64,000 bases of DNA, from positions 64,001 to 128,000 of IMG/VR virus record IMGVR_UViG_3300023184_000034. One strand, written 5' to 3'. A program made the translations under genes and the position numbers. How positions within the stretch are numbered: position 1 is the first letter of the stretch; every line of letters begins with the position of its first letter. Under the pieces are notes generated by a model, which saw only the letters and a list, made by a program, of their open reading frames with translations, made no database searches and was not told the DNA's origin. This document shows positions 10,166 through 20,116 of this stretch, one piece after another. Origin of the DNA: a virus.

Positions 10166-11010
10166 GTCGAGGCATTGTGATATTTGCGCAGAATAATCCA
10201 CAAGTTGATTATATAAAACTGGCTGTGTTTGCAGCCAAACAAGCGCAAAAACATTTGGATTTACCTGTGAGTTTGATTACAGACAGCAGATCTTGGCTGG
10301 AACAAAATTACCCAGACCATCCATTTGACCATGTAATAGACGTTGACTTTAACGAAGTTTCTCAGCATAGAGTTTTTTACGATGGTGCCTTGGCCAGTAA
10401 AAAAGTTGACTGGCGAAATCACACAAGAAGTAAAATATACGATCTCACACCATACTATACCACACTGGTAATTGACAGTGATTACATTATCAACAGTGAT
10501 ATTTTAAAACAGGCATTTGGTAGAGATGCTGATTTGCAAATTTATTCCAACAGTATGGATTTAGCTGCCTGGCGAAATACAGAAGAATTTGCACGTATCA
10601 ATCCGTACAGTGTTAAATTTTACTGGGCTACTGCGTTTGTGTTTCAAAAAAATACAGTTACAGAATCATTTTTTTATCTAGTTAATTATATAAAATCTAA
10701 TTGGAAATATTTTAGAATGTTGTACAATATTGACACAACATTGTTTAGGAATGATTATGCTTTTAGTATTGCAATACACTTGATGAATAACAAAACACAA
10801 GGATCTTTCTCTGTAGAATTGCCAGGCACCATGATATATGTCAAAGATCGAGATATACTGGTCGGCACAAATCGTAACAAAATGAAATTCCTGTTAGAAA
10901 AAGAAAATCACCCAGGCGAATACACGCTGGCCAAAACAACAGGACTTGATGTGCATGTTATGAACAAAATAAGTCTTGCTCGTTACATAGATGGGGGTTC
11001 AGGTGTCTAA
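10162..11010 (+). CDS. GT-A fold (GT8-like) nucleotide-sugar transferase
   Basis: GIVIFAQN, VSLITD, TLVIDSD (DxD), RNDYAFSIA; paralogue of the next gene. Confidence 0.65.
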   Translation: MSRGIVIFAQNNPQVDYIKLAVFAAKQAQKHLDLPVSLITDSRSWLEQNYPDHPFDHVIDVDFNEVSQHRVFYDGALASKKVDWRNHTRSKIYDLTPYYTTLVIDSDYIINSDILKQAFGRDADLQIYSNSMDLAAWRNTEEFARINPYSVKFYWATAFVFQKNTVTESFFYLVNYIKSNWKYFRMLYNIDTTLFRNDYAFSIAIHLMNNKTQGSFSVELPGTMIYVKDRDILVGTNRNKMKFLLEKENHPGEYTLAKTTGLDVHVMNKISLARYIDGGSGV

Positions 11011-11845
11011 AGGATTTTTGGTTTTTGCACAGAATACTGCAGATGTTGACTATGTTCAGCAAGCATATGCATTGGCATTGAGTATCAAATTAACACAAAA
11101 AGAAGTCATTGACATTTCGCTAGTGACTGACAGTCCCGTACCTAAGAAATATCTAAGTGCGTTTGATCAAGTACTCTCCATACCGTTTGGCGATCAAAGT
11201 AACAATTCTAAATTTAGAACAGAAAATCGTTGGAAACTTTATCATGCAAGTCCTTACGATGAAACAATAGTGTTGGACTCAGACATGCTGGTATTAGAAG
11301 ATATTGCCACGTGGTGGAAATACTGTGGTAATTACGATATTAGATTTTGTAACAGCATAACAAATTATAAATTACAACAGGTAACAGATAACGTACACAG
11401 AAAAACATTTGCGTCCAACAATCTTACCAACCCATATTTTGCATTACATTACTTTAAAAAATCTCATAGGTCGTTGGAATTTTTTAAAGTGCTGGAGTTT
11501 GTAATCAATAACTGGGAATGGTTCTGGACCAAATTTGCACCTGAAAATTACCAAGATTGGTTAAGCATGGACTTGGCTGTGGCCATTGCCATTGAAGTGA
11601 TGTGTGCTCAAGAAGAATTTTTAGACACCAATTGCCCGTTGATATTTGTGCATATGAAAACACCCTTGCAAGGATGGAACATCAGCAACACTAGTTGGCA
11701 AGATTCTGTTCTTTACAATTTTAACGGTGACTTAACAGTGGGTAATATACAACAACAAAAAATATTTCATTATGTAGAAAATGATTTTTTATCTGACAAA
11801 ATTATCAATCGATTGGAGGAACTGACCAGTGGCCAAGCGAAGTAA
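10991..11845 (+). CDS. GT-A fold (GT8-like) nucleotide-sugar transferase
   Basis: GFLVFAQN, SPYDETIVLDSD (DxD), FVHMK, FHYVE; true start may be the GTG near 11003. Confidence 0.7.
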   Translation: MGVQVSKGFLVFAQNTADVDYVQQAYALALSIKLTQKEVIDISLVTDSPVPKKYLSAFDQVLSIPFGDQSNNSKFRTENRWKLYHASPYDETIVLDSDMLVLEDIATWWKYCGNYDIRFCNSITNYKLQQVTDNVHRKTFASNNLTNPYFALHYFKKSHRSLEFFKVLEFVINNWEWFWTKFAPENYQDWLSMDLAVAIAIEVMCAQEEFLDTNCPLIFVHMKTPLQGWNISNTSWQDSVLYNFNGDLTVGNIQQQKIFHYVENDFLSDKIINRLEELTSGQAK

Positions 11846-12455
11846 AAAAATCAAACCCTTGGTAGACATTGTAGTTGAAAGTAAATATTATGTGTACTAT
11901 GACAACAGTGACAACAAACTAATCAGTGTGAGTAATCAGTTGCAGCCTCAATTTGAACATTCATTAGACATAACATTTAATGAGTATAGTAAACTGGTAA
12001 CAGGAGTGCATAAGTTTGCTGATTATCATGTGGGTGTTGTTATAGACGCTGAAGGAAATCCTATAAAGGGATTGGTGTCTAATCAAGTAATTATCGAAAA
12101 TACCTTTAAAAACAGATTGCTGGCATGGATTGATACTGAAACTGATTCAGCAGATATTGAGATACATTGGGATCAATACAATAGTCAATGGGTGTTCGTG
12201 GCATCTGATGATTTGAGACAGCAATACTACGACAACAAGTTACCCGATACCAGCGTGTCTTTTTTTGTAACACTGGGACAAGATCCAAATTTCTTGTTGA
12301 GAACAATTGATATAGATTTTAAAACCATCACCTTGGACAAAATCTCTGTTAAATTTGAATCAAAATACGAAGAACGTATACAAGATATTGCTGTTACCGC
12401 CAACTTGGCAACCTTGGACTATTCATTAAAATTATGGAGTACTATAATTGAGTAA
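11829..12455 (+). CDS. Hypothetical protein in GT operon
   Basis: 208-aa ORF with GGAGG RBS and GTG start. Confidence 0.65.
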   Translation: MAKRSKKIKPLVDIVVESKYYVYYDNSDNKLISVSNQLQPQFEHSLDITFNEYSKLVTGVHKFADYHVGVVIDAEGNPIKGLVSNQVIIENTFKNRLLAWIDTETDSADIEIHWDQYNSQWVFVASDDLRQQYYDNKLPDTSVSFFVTLGQDPNFLLRTIDIDFKTITLDKISVKFESKYEERIQDIAVTANLATLDYSLKLWSTIIE

Positions 12456-13347
12456 AATAATAAAAGTCATAGAACAAGACATCATATTTTTAAGTTATGA
12501 TGAACCCAACGCTGAAAAAAATTACGCAGACTTGCTGGCCAAAGTACCATGGGCAAAGCGTGTACACGGAGTCAAAGGGTCGGATGCCGCACACAAAGCC
12601 TGTGCTGCCAAATGTGAAACTGAATACTTTGTCACAGTGGATGGTGATAACATTGTTGACCCAGCATTTTTAGAAGTTGAAATTGACCTTGAAGCTATCA
12701 ACGTAACCAAAAATCATGTGTTCAGTTGGTGCGGCCATGTTCACGTGAACGGTCTACGTTATGGCAATGGCGGACTCAAAATGTGGACACCCAAATTTGT
12801 CAACGCTATGAAAACACACGAAAATTCGGATGATGATGACACCAAAGGCCTAGTTGAATTTTGTTTCGATGACCGGTACTATCAGTTCAACGACAACTAC
12901 AGTAACAGCTACACCAATGCCAGTGCTTTCCAAGCCTGGCGTGCTGGGTTTCGAGAAGGTGTAAAGATGAGTTTAGATCAAGGTGCCAAAGTAACAGACC
13001 TTAAAACAATATGGTGGCAAAATTATCACCGATTATTAATTTGGTGCAACATTGGTGCTGATGTAGAAAACGGATTGTGGAGTATGTACGGTGCTAGACA
13101 AGGTGCGTACTTGACTAATTGTACTGATTGGGATTACACTAATGTACGAGATTTTGATTGGCTCACAACAGAGTGGGAAGAAACATACAGCAAGATCACT
13201 GACAAAATGTTGCCCTATGAAATAATGGGTTTAGGTGAAACACTCAAACATGAATGCGGATTAGAAATTACTGATGTTGATGCAACTGGCAGTAAGTTTT
13301 TTAAAACTGTGTTTAACAACAGCCCAAGAATTATTAGGAAAAGATAA
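12448..13347 (+). CDS. Glycosyltransferase-like protein (GT-A)
   Basis: IFLSYDEP, HGVKGSDAAHK, VTVDGDN (DxD), AWRAGFREGVK; paralogue of the next gene. Confidence 0.6.
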   Translation: MSKIIKVIEQDIIFLSYDEPNAEKNYADLLAKVPWAKRVHGVKGSDAAHKACAAKCETEYFVTVDGDNIVDPAFLEVEIDLEAINVTKNHVFSWCGHVHVNGLRYGNGGLKMWTPKFVNAMKTHENSDDDDTKGLVEFCFDDRYYQFNDNYSNSYTNASAFQAWRAGFREGVKMSLDQGAKVTDLKTIWWQNYHRLLIWCNIGADVENGLWSMYGARQGAYLTNCTDWDYTNVRDFDWLTTEWEETYSKITDKMLPYEIMGLGETLKHECGLEITDVDATGSKFFKTVFNNSPRIIRKR

Positions 13348-14063
13348 TGTACGATATTGTGTTTATTACATACAAAGAAGAAATATCTTCAAGTTACTAT
13401 ATTGAAGAATTTGTAAAGAAATTTCCTTATCACAGAACACATTGGGTTCGAGGTGTTAAAGGTATCCATAATGCCCACAAAGAAGCTGCAGGTAGAGTAT
13501 TTTCTAAAATGTTCTATGTGGTTGATGCTGATGCTAAACTGTTACCAAGTTTTAAGTTTGATACAAAACTAGATCCCAGCGAAGAGGATATTGTGCATGT
13601 GTGGAGAGCTATCAATCCTGTGAATGGATTAGAATATGGTTTTGGTGGAGTCAAATTACTGCCAACAGAACTGACTCGTGTCATGTCAATTGACAGCGTT
13701 GACATGACTACCAGCATCAGCCCACGATTTAAAATAATGCCAGAAATCAACAATGTCACAGCATTCAACACTGATCCACTCAGCACATGGCGCAGTGCAT
13801 TCAGAGAATGTGTCAAGTTGGCCAGCAGAATAATTCCAGGACAAGATAATTCACAATCAGAACACCGACTACATACATGGATACACTTCGGCGGTAATGA
13901 ACCGTTTGGCGAATATTCAAAGGGTGGTGCGAGTGCGGGACAATGGTATGGAACCACCTATAAAGATGATCCCGAAGCACTGGCCAAAATCAATGATTAT
14001 GATTGGTTGGAACATCAGTTCAATGCACACATTGAACAGTTTCCGCCGGAGACTTTTAAATAA
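13347..14063 (+). CDS. Glycosyltransferase-like protein (GT-A)
   Basis: YDIVFITY, GVKGIHNAHK, YVVDAD (DxD), TWRSAFRECVKL. Confidence 0.6.
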   Translation: MYDIVFITYKEEISSSYYIEEFVKKFPYHRTHWVRGVKGIHNAHKEAAGRVFSKMFYVVDADAKLLPSFKFDTKLDPSEEDIVHVWRAINPVNGLEYGFGGVKLLPTELTRVMSIDSVDMTTSISPRFKIMPEINNVTAFNTDPLSTWRSAFRECVKLASRIIPGQDNSQSEHRLHTWIHFGGNEPFGEYSKGGASAGQWYGTTYKDDPEALAKINDYDWLEHQFNAHIEQFPPETFK

Positions 14064-14718
14064 GATCTTTGGTTAGGGGAAAGATCTCTGCAATAACTTG
14101 GGCACAGGCTCGTGCTACTTCTTGATGCTCTTTTTGTGTGCCGTTAGCACTGCGCAATTCAATAAAGTGAATCCAGCTGCGCAGTGTACCATTCATGTAA
14201 ATTCTACTTTCTGTAAGGCCTTCTGGCAACACAGCTCGTGCTTGTTCTTTTGCTATGCCATTAGCGATAGCCCACTCGTATTCCCGTTTGGCAGCATAGA
14301 TGACTCGCTGTTGAGCTCTGTACCATTCGTTTTGTAACATTGTATCATCCACTTGGACGCTGTTCTGGCGGTTTTTTGGATCTTGAAGTCTTGCTTCTCT
14401 TGTAACAAAGTTGAGATCTTTAGTTGGGTCAGCATATCGTTGACTGAACTCTTGGAAGCTGAAACTACGATGTCTAAGGATCTGTCTAGCAATATCTCTA
14501 GTGGTTGTGATTTCGATACAGGCTGACACCATTTCGAGTGGGCTCCAGTGTTGGTGCTTGACCAAGTATCGGATGAGCTTGTCTGATGTTTCAGTGTTAA
14601 GTTGGTTGCTGGGATTGGACACACGGGCGCAATACGCAATGAGTTCCTGCGCATCTGTGATTCCAAGATTTGCAAATTCTGCGGTTGGTTGTGAATAGGA
14701 TAAAAGCTGAACATTCAT
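14056..14718 (-). CDS. thyX: Flavin-dependent thymidylate synthase
   Basis: HWSPLE, RQILRHRSFSFQEFSQRY (RHRx7S), AKEQARAVLP, LRSWIHF. Confidence 0.95.
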   Translation of the reverse strand: MNVQLLSYSQPTAEFANLGITDAQELIAYCARVSNPSNQLNTETSDKLIRYLVKHQHWSPLEMVSACIEITTTRDIARQILRHRSFSFQEFSQRYADPTKDLNFVTREARLQDPKNRQNSVQVDDTMLQNEWYRAQQRVIYAAKREYEWAIANGIAKEQARAVLPEGLTESRIYMNGTLRSWIHFIELRSANGTQKEHQEVARACAQVIAEIFPLTKDLI

Positions 14719-14721
14719 TAT

Positions 14722-15042
14722 TTATAATTTCTTCTTTTTTAAAAATTTCTGAGTACTACGTTCTATGTCTTTTTTTACACGTTCAGTATCTAATTTAAAA
14801 TCAATGTTATCTATGGTGTCTTCGTAGGTTTTGCACAATTCACTAAGGTTCTGTTCAAAGACACTCCATCCTTCACGTTTTGCTTTAGCAGTTACTTTGA
14901 TTTCCCAAGTCTTACCATCTTTAAAATTAACCAAAACGGTATGTAGATACCTAACAGGTAACACGTTTAATTCAACGTCTCCGAATACTTCTGGCCAATG
15001 CTCTATGACATCCTTGGGAAGAATTTTCCCAGATTTGGTCAC
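14722..15042 (-). CDS. Hypothetical protein
   Basis: 106-aa ORF collinear with its neighbours. Confidence 0.65.
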   Translation of the reverse strand: MTKSGKILPKDVIEHWPEVFGDVELNVLPVRYLHTVLVNFKDGKTWEIKVTAKAKREGWSVFEQNLSELCKTYEDTIDNIDFKLDTERVKKDIERSTQKFLKKKKL

Positions 15043-15635
15043 TTTACAGGTTTTTTGGTCGGGACCAAGTCCTCGGCAAGACGTCTAAACTGTGCAGCTT
15101 CTTTTGCCAACTTATCTGCTTTGCTACGATATTCTTTGGCTTGTTCTTCAGGAGTAGATGCAACTGATGCCACGGGCATAATTGTTTTAACAGCTTCAAC
15201 AGTGGCTGTGGCTTTTTCAACTTTGGCTTTTTCGTTTGGCCCGTTTGGCTTCAAAGACAACTCGTCCACAGCAATACCACGTTGCTCTGCAATAATTTGA
15301 TTAAGTTCGGACAACTGAATACTGACACCTATAGTTGGAGTCATTTCGATAGCATTGGTTGGTGCCTTGATTAACCGACCACTTCCGTGTAATGCCGGCA
15401 ACATGCGACTACCGTCTGGGAATTGTGTACGATCCAGTGCTTCAGCAAACTCGTAAGACTCTTGTCCTGCACTACTCTCTACCAAATTAATAATAGCATC
15501 GTGGTAAATATCAGGCAAGTTTTCTGTAGGAACAATTAGACAACTATGTGCATCACCGGGCAAGGTGCGATATGCCACAATACATTTTTTGTTTGTGGCA
15601 ACAACACGACCTATGTGTTTTAGTTCTTTGGCCAT
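15039..15635 (-). CDS. Hypothetical protein
   Basis: 198-aa ORF with GGAG RBS. Confidence 0.7.
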   Translation of the reverse strand: MAKELKHIGRVVATNKKCIVAYRTLPGDAHSCLIVPTENLPDIYHDAIINLVESSAGQESYEFAEALDRTQFPDGSRMLPALHGSGRLIKAPTNAIEMTPTIGVSIQLSELNQIIAEQRGIAVDELSLKPNGPNEKAKVEKATATVEAVKTIMPVASVASTPEEQAKEYRSKADKLAKEAAQFRRLAEDLVPTKKPVK

Positions 15636-15639
15636 AATA

Positions 15640-15900
15640 TTATGCTCCTACCACAGCGTTTGCTACGGATTGTGTGTTAGTTTGCGGCGCAGGTTGTTGT
15701 GCTTGCTGTGCTGAAACTGTGTCTAAAAATGTTGTTAGCTTGGTATATGTTTGACCCACGGCTACCATTTCGTTTGGTTTGAATGCACCCCGCGAACTAG
15801 CAATATCGATAATAACCTTCATGGCATTCAAGTCATTGATGGTAAGATCGTTATTTTGTGCAGCATCAGCTGCTGGTTGTTGATTTTGTACATCAGCCAT
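15640..15900 (-). CDS. Small phage hypothetical protein
   Basis: LTINDL..IIDIASSRGAFK..E..VG.TY; start MADVQ follows a GGAG RBS. Confidence 0.7.
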   Translation of the reverse strand: MADVQNQQPAADAAQNNDLTINDLNAMKVIIDIASSRGAFKPNEMVAVGQTYTKLTTFLDTVSAQQAQQPAPQTNTQSVANAVVGA

Positions 15901-15933
15901 TAGAATCTCCTTATTGTGAAAGTACACAATTAA

Positions 15934-16221
15934 TTATCTCGCCTGCAAAAGTGGACAGGCAATTGTGAAAAAACTTAATTCTTTTTCACTTTCAAAGCCA
16001 ATGCGTGTATTATACACAATTGTGTTGGAATTATCTAATGTAATACCTTGCCCTATATAATACCTATTATTTAAATTTTTACGAATCCACAAATCTAATG
16101 ATTTAACCAGCATTGGATTGTATTTGTCTAAAGAAGTGTATTTGAAGTGAGGACAGGCAAACTCAACCCTGCGTAGATTAAAGTAATCTAAAGGATTGGG
16201 CTTGCCATTCTTCAATGCCAT
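15934..16221 (-). CDS. Hypothetical protein
   Basis: 95-aa ORF with TAATG coupling to the upstream gene. Confidence 0.65.
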   Translation of the reverse strand: MALKNGKPNPLDYFNLRRVEFACPHFKYTSLDKYNPMLVKSLDLWIRKNLNNRYYIGQGITLDNSNTIVYNTRIGFESEKELSFFTIACPLLQAR

Positions 16222-17405
16222 TACGCTGATTCCGCTTCAAGCTCGTAATAAGCGTACTCGCCAAATGGAGGAACAATAGTGTTATTACCGTGGATGATGA
16301 ATACTGTATCACAGTAGTTTTCATCACCCCAGCTGCCCCAAGGGTAGCCGTCTGTGAACATGATGAACTTTTTAGGTTGAATATCATTAGCTTTCATGTA
16401 TTCCCAATTGGCATCAAACTCAGTACCACCGCCACCTATTGGTTGGTAGCTATCAAACTCATCAATATTGTAACCGTCAAAGTCTGCTTCATTATATACT
16501 CTGGTGTCAAAACACCAAACTTTAATTTTAAAGTCTTTGTATTCTTCCATGATGCCTTTGATCTCTGACAAGAAATCTTTAGCTTGTTCGTCACCAATGG
16601 AACCCGACATGTCAATACCAACACAAATATCAATTGTTTCTTGAAATTGTGTACCAGGAAGTATAGCACTCATGTGCCAACCCTTGCGATTAGGACGCAT
16701 AAACGAATAGTCATTCTTGATAGTGCTTTGGATTTGCTGACGCAAAATTTCACGCCAGTTCATTTTAGGCTCTGTAAGATCTTTAATCATGCGTTGTACA
16801 TTTGCGGGAGTATTTCCCGCACCCGCTGCCTGAGCAGCTTGTATGGTGGCCTCACGTATCTCGTCACGAATTTGTTTCAATTCTTCTTTGCTGTAGCGAG
16901 GTTGACCATCTTTGCCTGGCTCACCCCAGTCAATATGTTCGTCCAGCAATTGACCAAGTGCATCTAATTCTTTTTCATCCATTTCATCATAAATCTGATC
17001 ATACACTTCTTCTGCACCCATGCCGTAGTACTTTTGATCATGGAAGATTTTAATATCCGGAATATTATGATCACCAATACGATCACGCACCAATTGTCCA
17101 TTTACACAATAGTCAGCTGCAATGTTAAAGATTTTAGCATTGCGACTTTCTCGACGACCCATGTGGTCAAATACATTGTGTAAAATTTCATGAGCAATAA
17201 CAAACTCAACTTGCTTTACAGTTAGTTTTTCAAAAAACCCACGATTAAAATAAATATGGCGACCATCAGTGGCTGCTGTGGTCAACCAATCTTCACCTTC
17301 TTGGATTTTCAATCGGGTAGCCATGTTGCCAAAGAATGGATGTTTGAGCAACAAGCTCACTCGTGCAATAATAATTTTATCAATAATTGGATCTGTATGT
17401 GACAT
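16221..17405 (-). CDS. Metallopeptidase + VWA domain protein (DUF2201-like), MoxR partner
   Basis: TAATDG, AHEILH (HExxH), DMSGS MIDAS motif, GGGTEF, FTDGY; start MSHTDP. Confidence 0.85.
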   Translation of the reverse strand: MSHTDPIIDKIIIARVSLLLKHPFFGNMATRLKIQEGEDWLTTAATDGRHIYFNRGFFEKLTVKQVEFVIAHEILHNVFDHMGRRESRNAKIFNIAADYCVNGQLVRDRIGDHNIPDIKIFHDQKYYGMGAEEVYDQIYDEMDEKELDALGQLLDEHIDWGEPGKDGQPRYSKEELKQIRDEIREATIQAAQAAGAGNTPANVQRMIKDLTEPKMNWREILRQQIQSTIKNDYSFMRPNRKGWHMSAILPGTQFQETIDICVGIDMSGSIGDEQAKDFLSEIKGIMEEYKDFKIKVWCFDTRVYNEADFDGYNIDEFDSYQPIGGGGTEFDANWEYMKANDIQPKKFIMFTDGYPWGSWGDENYCDTVFIIHGNNTIVPPFGEYAYYELEAESA

Positions 17406-17434
17406 GTTTGTTCCTAAGTTCTTACTATGTATAT

Positions 17435-17463
17435 AGTATAACACCACCCGAAGGTGGTGTCAA
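17435..17463 (-). promoter_or_regulatory. Sigma70-type promoter whose spacer is a UUCG hairpin
   Basis: Minus strand TTGACA-ccaccttcgggtggtgt(17)-TATACT; hairpin ACACCACC-TTCG-GGTGGTGT. Confidence 0.75.
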
Positions 17464-17479
17464 ACAGTATTAAACCAAT

Positions 17480-18580
17480 TTATTTAGAATCTTTGTCAGT
17501 TGCGGCGCTAATGTACTTGCCAAACTTAGCGTGGAAGTTGTCAAAACATTTAATCTCATCTGGATCTAACGGCAATTTGTATGTGCTCAATGCCAATTTA
17601 GTACCCATAATAACCAATTCTGTTTCAAAGTTGTTCATCATAAATTCGAAGAAATTATTAACTTGCTCGTTCCAATTCTTAGCTTTCTTATCGCAAGAAT
17701 CTTTCAACTCGTAGCACAGGGACACAGTCAACGAGTACATTGCAGAAATTTCTTTAGATTTCATTTCTTTAACTTTGCCATTCAAAATGTCTGTAGGATT
17801 AGGCATTTTGCTGGCGTGTTTACGGTGCGCCATAAATTTAATAGCAAGGCCTTCACCAACGGAACCTGACACCAAATCAGTTAATGTTTCGTTATCACAG
17901 TCGTCGTCGTGCAACAATTCGCTAACAAAGGACCAGCTGCGTGGTGTAGCAAAGGCACGGCTACTGGATTTTGGATCAAAGTCGTACAAGTCCTTTTTGG
18001 AGAAACTCAAGAAGCCAACCACATCCTTGTGAACTTTGTTTTCAGCAGCCCACTCAAAATAGTCATCCCAATTAACTAACATTTCCAAGTGAACAAAACG
18101 ATTAGCCAACGGCGCTGGCATACGGAATGTAACACCTTTGTCAGTTTCTCGGTTGCCTGCTGCAACAATTACAACATTGTCGGGCAAAGTGTATGCACCA
18201 ACTTTACGATTAAGCACCAATTGATATGCAGCTGCTTGAACGCTGGGTGCTGCACTGTTCATTTCATCCAGGAACAAGATAATGTGTTTGTGCTTTTTAG
18301 CCATTTCTTGGCTGGGCAGTTCGCTGGGCGGAGCCCACACCATTGTGTTGGAGTTTGAATCAAAATACGGAATACCTTTAATATCAGTAGGCTCCCACAG
18401 ACTCAAACGTACATCAATCACGTGAGCTTCAATCTCAACGCCAAGTTGTTTGATAATGTCAGACTTACCAATGCCGGGAGGACCCCATAGAAAGATTGGA
18501 CGCTTGTTTTTAAAAGCCTTACGGAGAGACTTTTTGGCGCCGCTTGGGCCCACTGTACGGCCTGAAATATCTGTTGCCAT
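17480..18580 (-). CDS. MoxR-like AAA+ ATPase
   Basis: GPPGIGKS Walker A, LFLDE Walker B, AAGN, PLANRF; start MATDISG lies downstream of the promoter. Confidence 0.9.
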   Translation of the reverse strand: MATDISGRTVGPSGAKKSLRKAFKNKRPIFLWGPPGIGKSDIIKQLGVEIEAHVIDVRLSLWEPTDIKGIPYFDSNSNTMVWAPPSELPSQEMAKKHKHIILFLDEMNSAAPSVQAAAYQLVLNRKVGAYTLPDNVVIVAAGNRETDKGVTFRMPAPLANRFVHLEMLVNWDDYFEWAAENKVHKDVVGFLSFSKKDLYDFDPKSSSRAFATPRSWSFVSELLHDDDCDNETLTDLVSGSVGEGLAIKFMAHRKHASKMPNPTDILNGKVKEMKSKEISAMYSLTVSLCYELKDSCDKKAKNWNEQVNNFFEFMMNNFETELVIMGTKLALSTYKLPLDPDEIKCFDNFHAKFGKYISAATDKDSK

Positions 18581-18635
18581 TTTATTTCCTATCTTAGTTA
18601 AAAAAATTGTTACGAATAACGTTGTGTATGTATGT

Positions 18636-18664
18636 ATTATAGCGTCGATACACAATCACGTCAA
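18636..18664 (-). promoter_or_regulatory. Sigma70-type promoter
   Basis: TTGACG-17 bp-TATAAT on the minus strand. Confidence 0.7.
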
Positions 18665-18680
18665 CAAGTTTTTTAAGTAT

Positions 18681-19082
18681 TTAGGCATTTTTGGCTAAAT
18701 CTTTTTCGCGCTCGTTCATGGCTTTGATAAGTCCAAATTTTCTAATGTCGTCAGAAAACAACATCAGCTCAAAACTCTTGCGTTCAGAAAATACAGTAAT
18801 TGACATGTTGGTAAGATAATATGGGCAATCCACGTATCTTTCCAAAAATATGATTGTTTGGGGACTTAATTCAATTGGTTCAGTAAATGGAATTTCGTAT
18901 TCTCTCAAATCCAATTCTTTTACCAAAAATTCGTAACCTTCATCACTTAATCGAAATGCACTGTCTTTACCAACCCGTGTGCTTTGCCACCACTTGCGTG
19001 AAAATAACTGTACATTTGCATCATCTATACTTTTGCCCCATTGTTGTAAAAATATCTTAGTCAGAGCAGTTCTGCTGATCAT
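18681..19082 (-). CDS. Hypothetical protein
   Basis: Start MISRTAL; FRLSDEG and [13 protein letters not shown] segments. Confidence 0.65.
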   Translation of the reverse strand: MISRTALTKIFLQQWGKSIDDANVQLFSRKWWQSTRVGKDSAFRLSDEGYEFLVKELDLREYEIPFTEPIELSPQTIIFLERYVDCPYYLTNMSITVFSERKSFELMLFSDDIRKFGLIKAMNEREKDLAKNA

Positions 19083-19363
19083 TTTAGAATAGCACCCTGT
19101 GTGAGTTTGACCACTTGAAAATCTTCGCAACCAAATGTGAGATTCAATTTTTTAGCCAAATTAATAGCATGTCCAGGATTACTAAAGCTGACTTTCTTGT
19201 ATTTTGGCCCAGGATAGCTGGTGAGACTATTGAAGCTCTTCAAATTAAAAGGCTCGTTTTTGTAGAACACAGCCCAAATTGCTTCAGCTTCTAAAATCTG
19301 TTCTGCTTTATAATTTTTCTTACTGATATATTCCAGTAAGATCTTTGGCTTGGGTCTTGACAT
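19079..19363 (-). CDS. Hypothetical protein (MSRPKPK...)
   Basis: Basic ORF preceded by ATAAATA (19390-19396) and an AGGA RBS. Confidence 0.7.
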   Translation of the reverse strand: MSRPKPKILLEYISKKNYKAEQILEAEAIWAVFYKNEPFNLKSFNSLTSYPGPKYKKVSFSNPGHAINLAKKLNLTFGCEDFQVVKLTQGAILK

Positions 19364-19400
19364 ATGCGTATCCTGGTAATGTACGCATATATTTATGCTA

Positions 19401-19643
19401 TTAGTTCTTGAAATCCCCGCCGTCCAGCTGTATGGACACAACCTCAGTATCAGCACTTTCTTTGAGTTTGATATAGAGACTTTCGTAATCTTGTATCAGT
19501 TTGTCTTGTATCTCAGACAGTGCCAAACTAAGCAATCGCGCCTGCTGCAGAGGTAATTTTACCTCTTTGCTTTGACTCAATTCAGCGGCTCTTACTGATT
19601 GTATAAACTGTGTTATGGGTGTGAGATTAATCTGATTTTGCAT
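19401..19643 (-). CDS. Hypothetical protein
   Basis: 80-aa ORF ending in DGGDF. Confidence 0.6.
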   Translation of the reverse strand: MQNQINLTPITQFIQSVRAAELSQSKEVKLPLQQARLLSLALSEIQDKLIQDYESLYIKLKESADTEVVSIQLDGGDFKN

Positions 19644-20106
19644 TTGAAAACACCTGTTTCATCTCTAACTCAGTTTTAAACGGACCCTTGTATGGGTTGC
19701 GTTCTAGAGTGATAAGTTTAGGACAAAATGATTTGACCCATCCTTTGTTAAATTGAATTGTGTAGTAACCTGCACAATACAAACTCTTACTCTGTGAGCT
19801 TTTTGTAAACAATGGTAACTTGTTTCTAACATCGTACATGCTGTTGTATGGTTTAACGCTGGTGGGGAAACCATGGCATTCTTGCGGTTCTGCTGGGGTA
19901 ACTTTTACTTTGGTATTGTTTAAAAAGAAAGTCTCACCAAATTGCTTGGTAAGGTCTTGTTTCTTATTAAAAGTAACTTCTCCGTTGGTGCTGCTGAGAA
20001 TAAACTTGTTGTTTTCTTTCTTGTGTAGTGTTGCAACCTTAGTGCCATCTTGCTCTACGATCCAAAACTTACCATCCACAATGGGCTTGGCGTGTATAAC
20101 TGTCAT
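19627..20106 (-). CDS. Hypothetical protein
   Basis: 159-aa ORF with AAGGAG RBS. Confidence 0.7.
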   Translation of the reverse strand: MTVIHAKPIVDGKFWIVEQDGTKVATLHKKENNKFILSSTNGEVTFNKKQDLTKQFGETFFLNNTKVKVTPAEPQECHGFPTSVKPYNSMYDVRNKLPLFTKSSQSKSLYCAGYYTIQFNKGWVKSFCPKLITLERNPYKGPFKTELEMKQVFSNAKSD

Positions 20107-20116
20107 ATTTTTCTCC

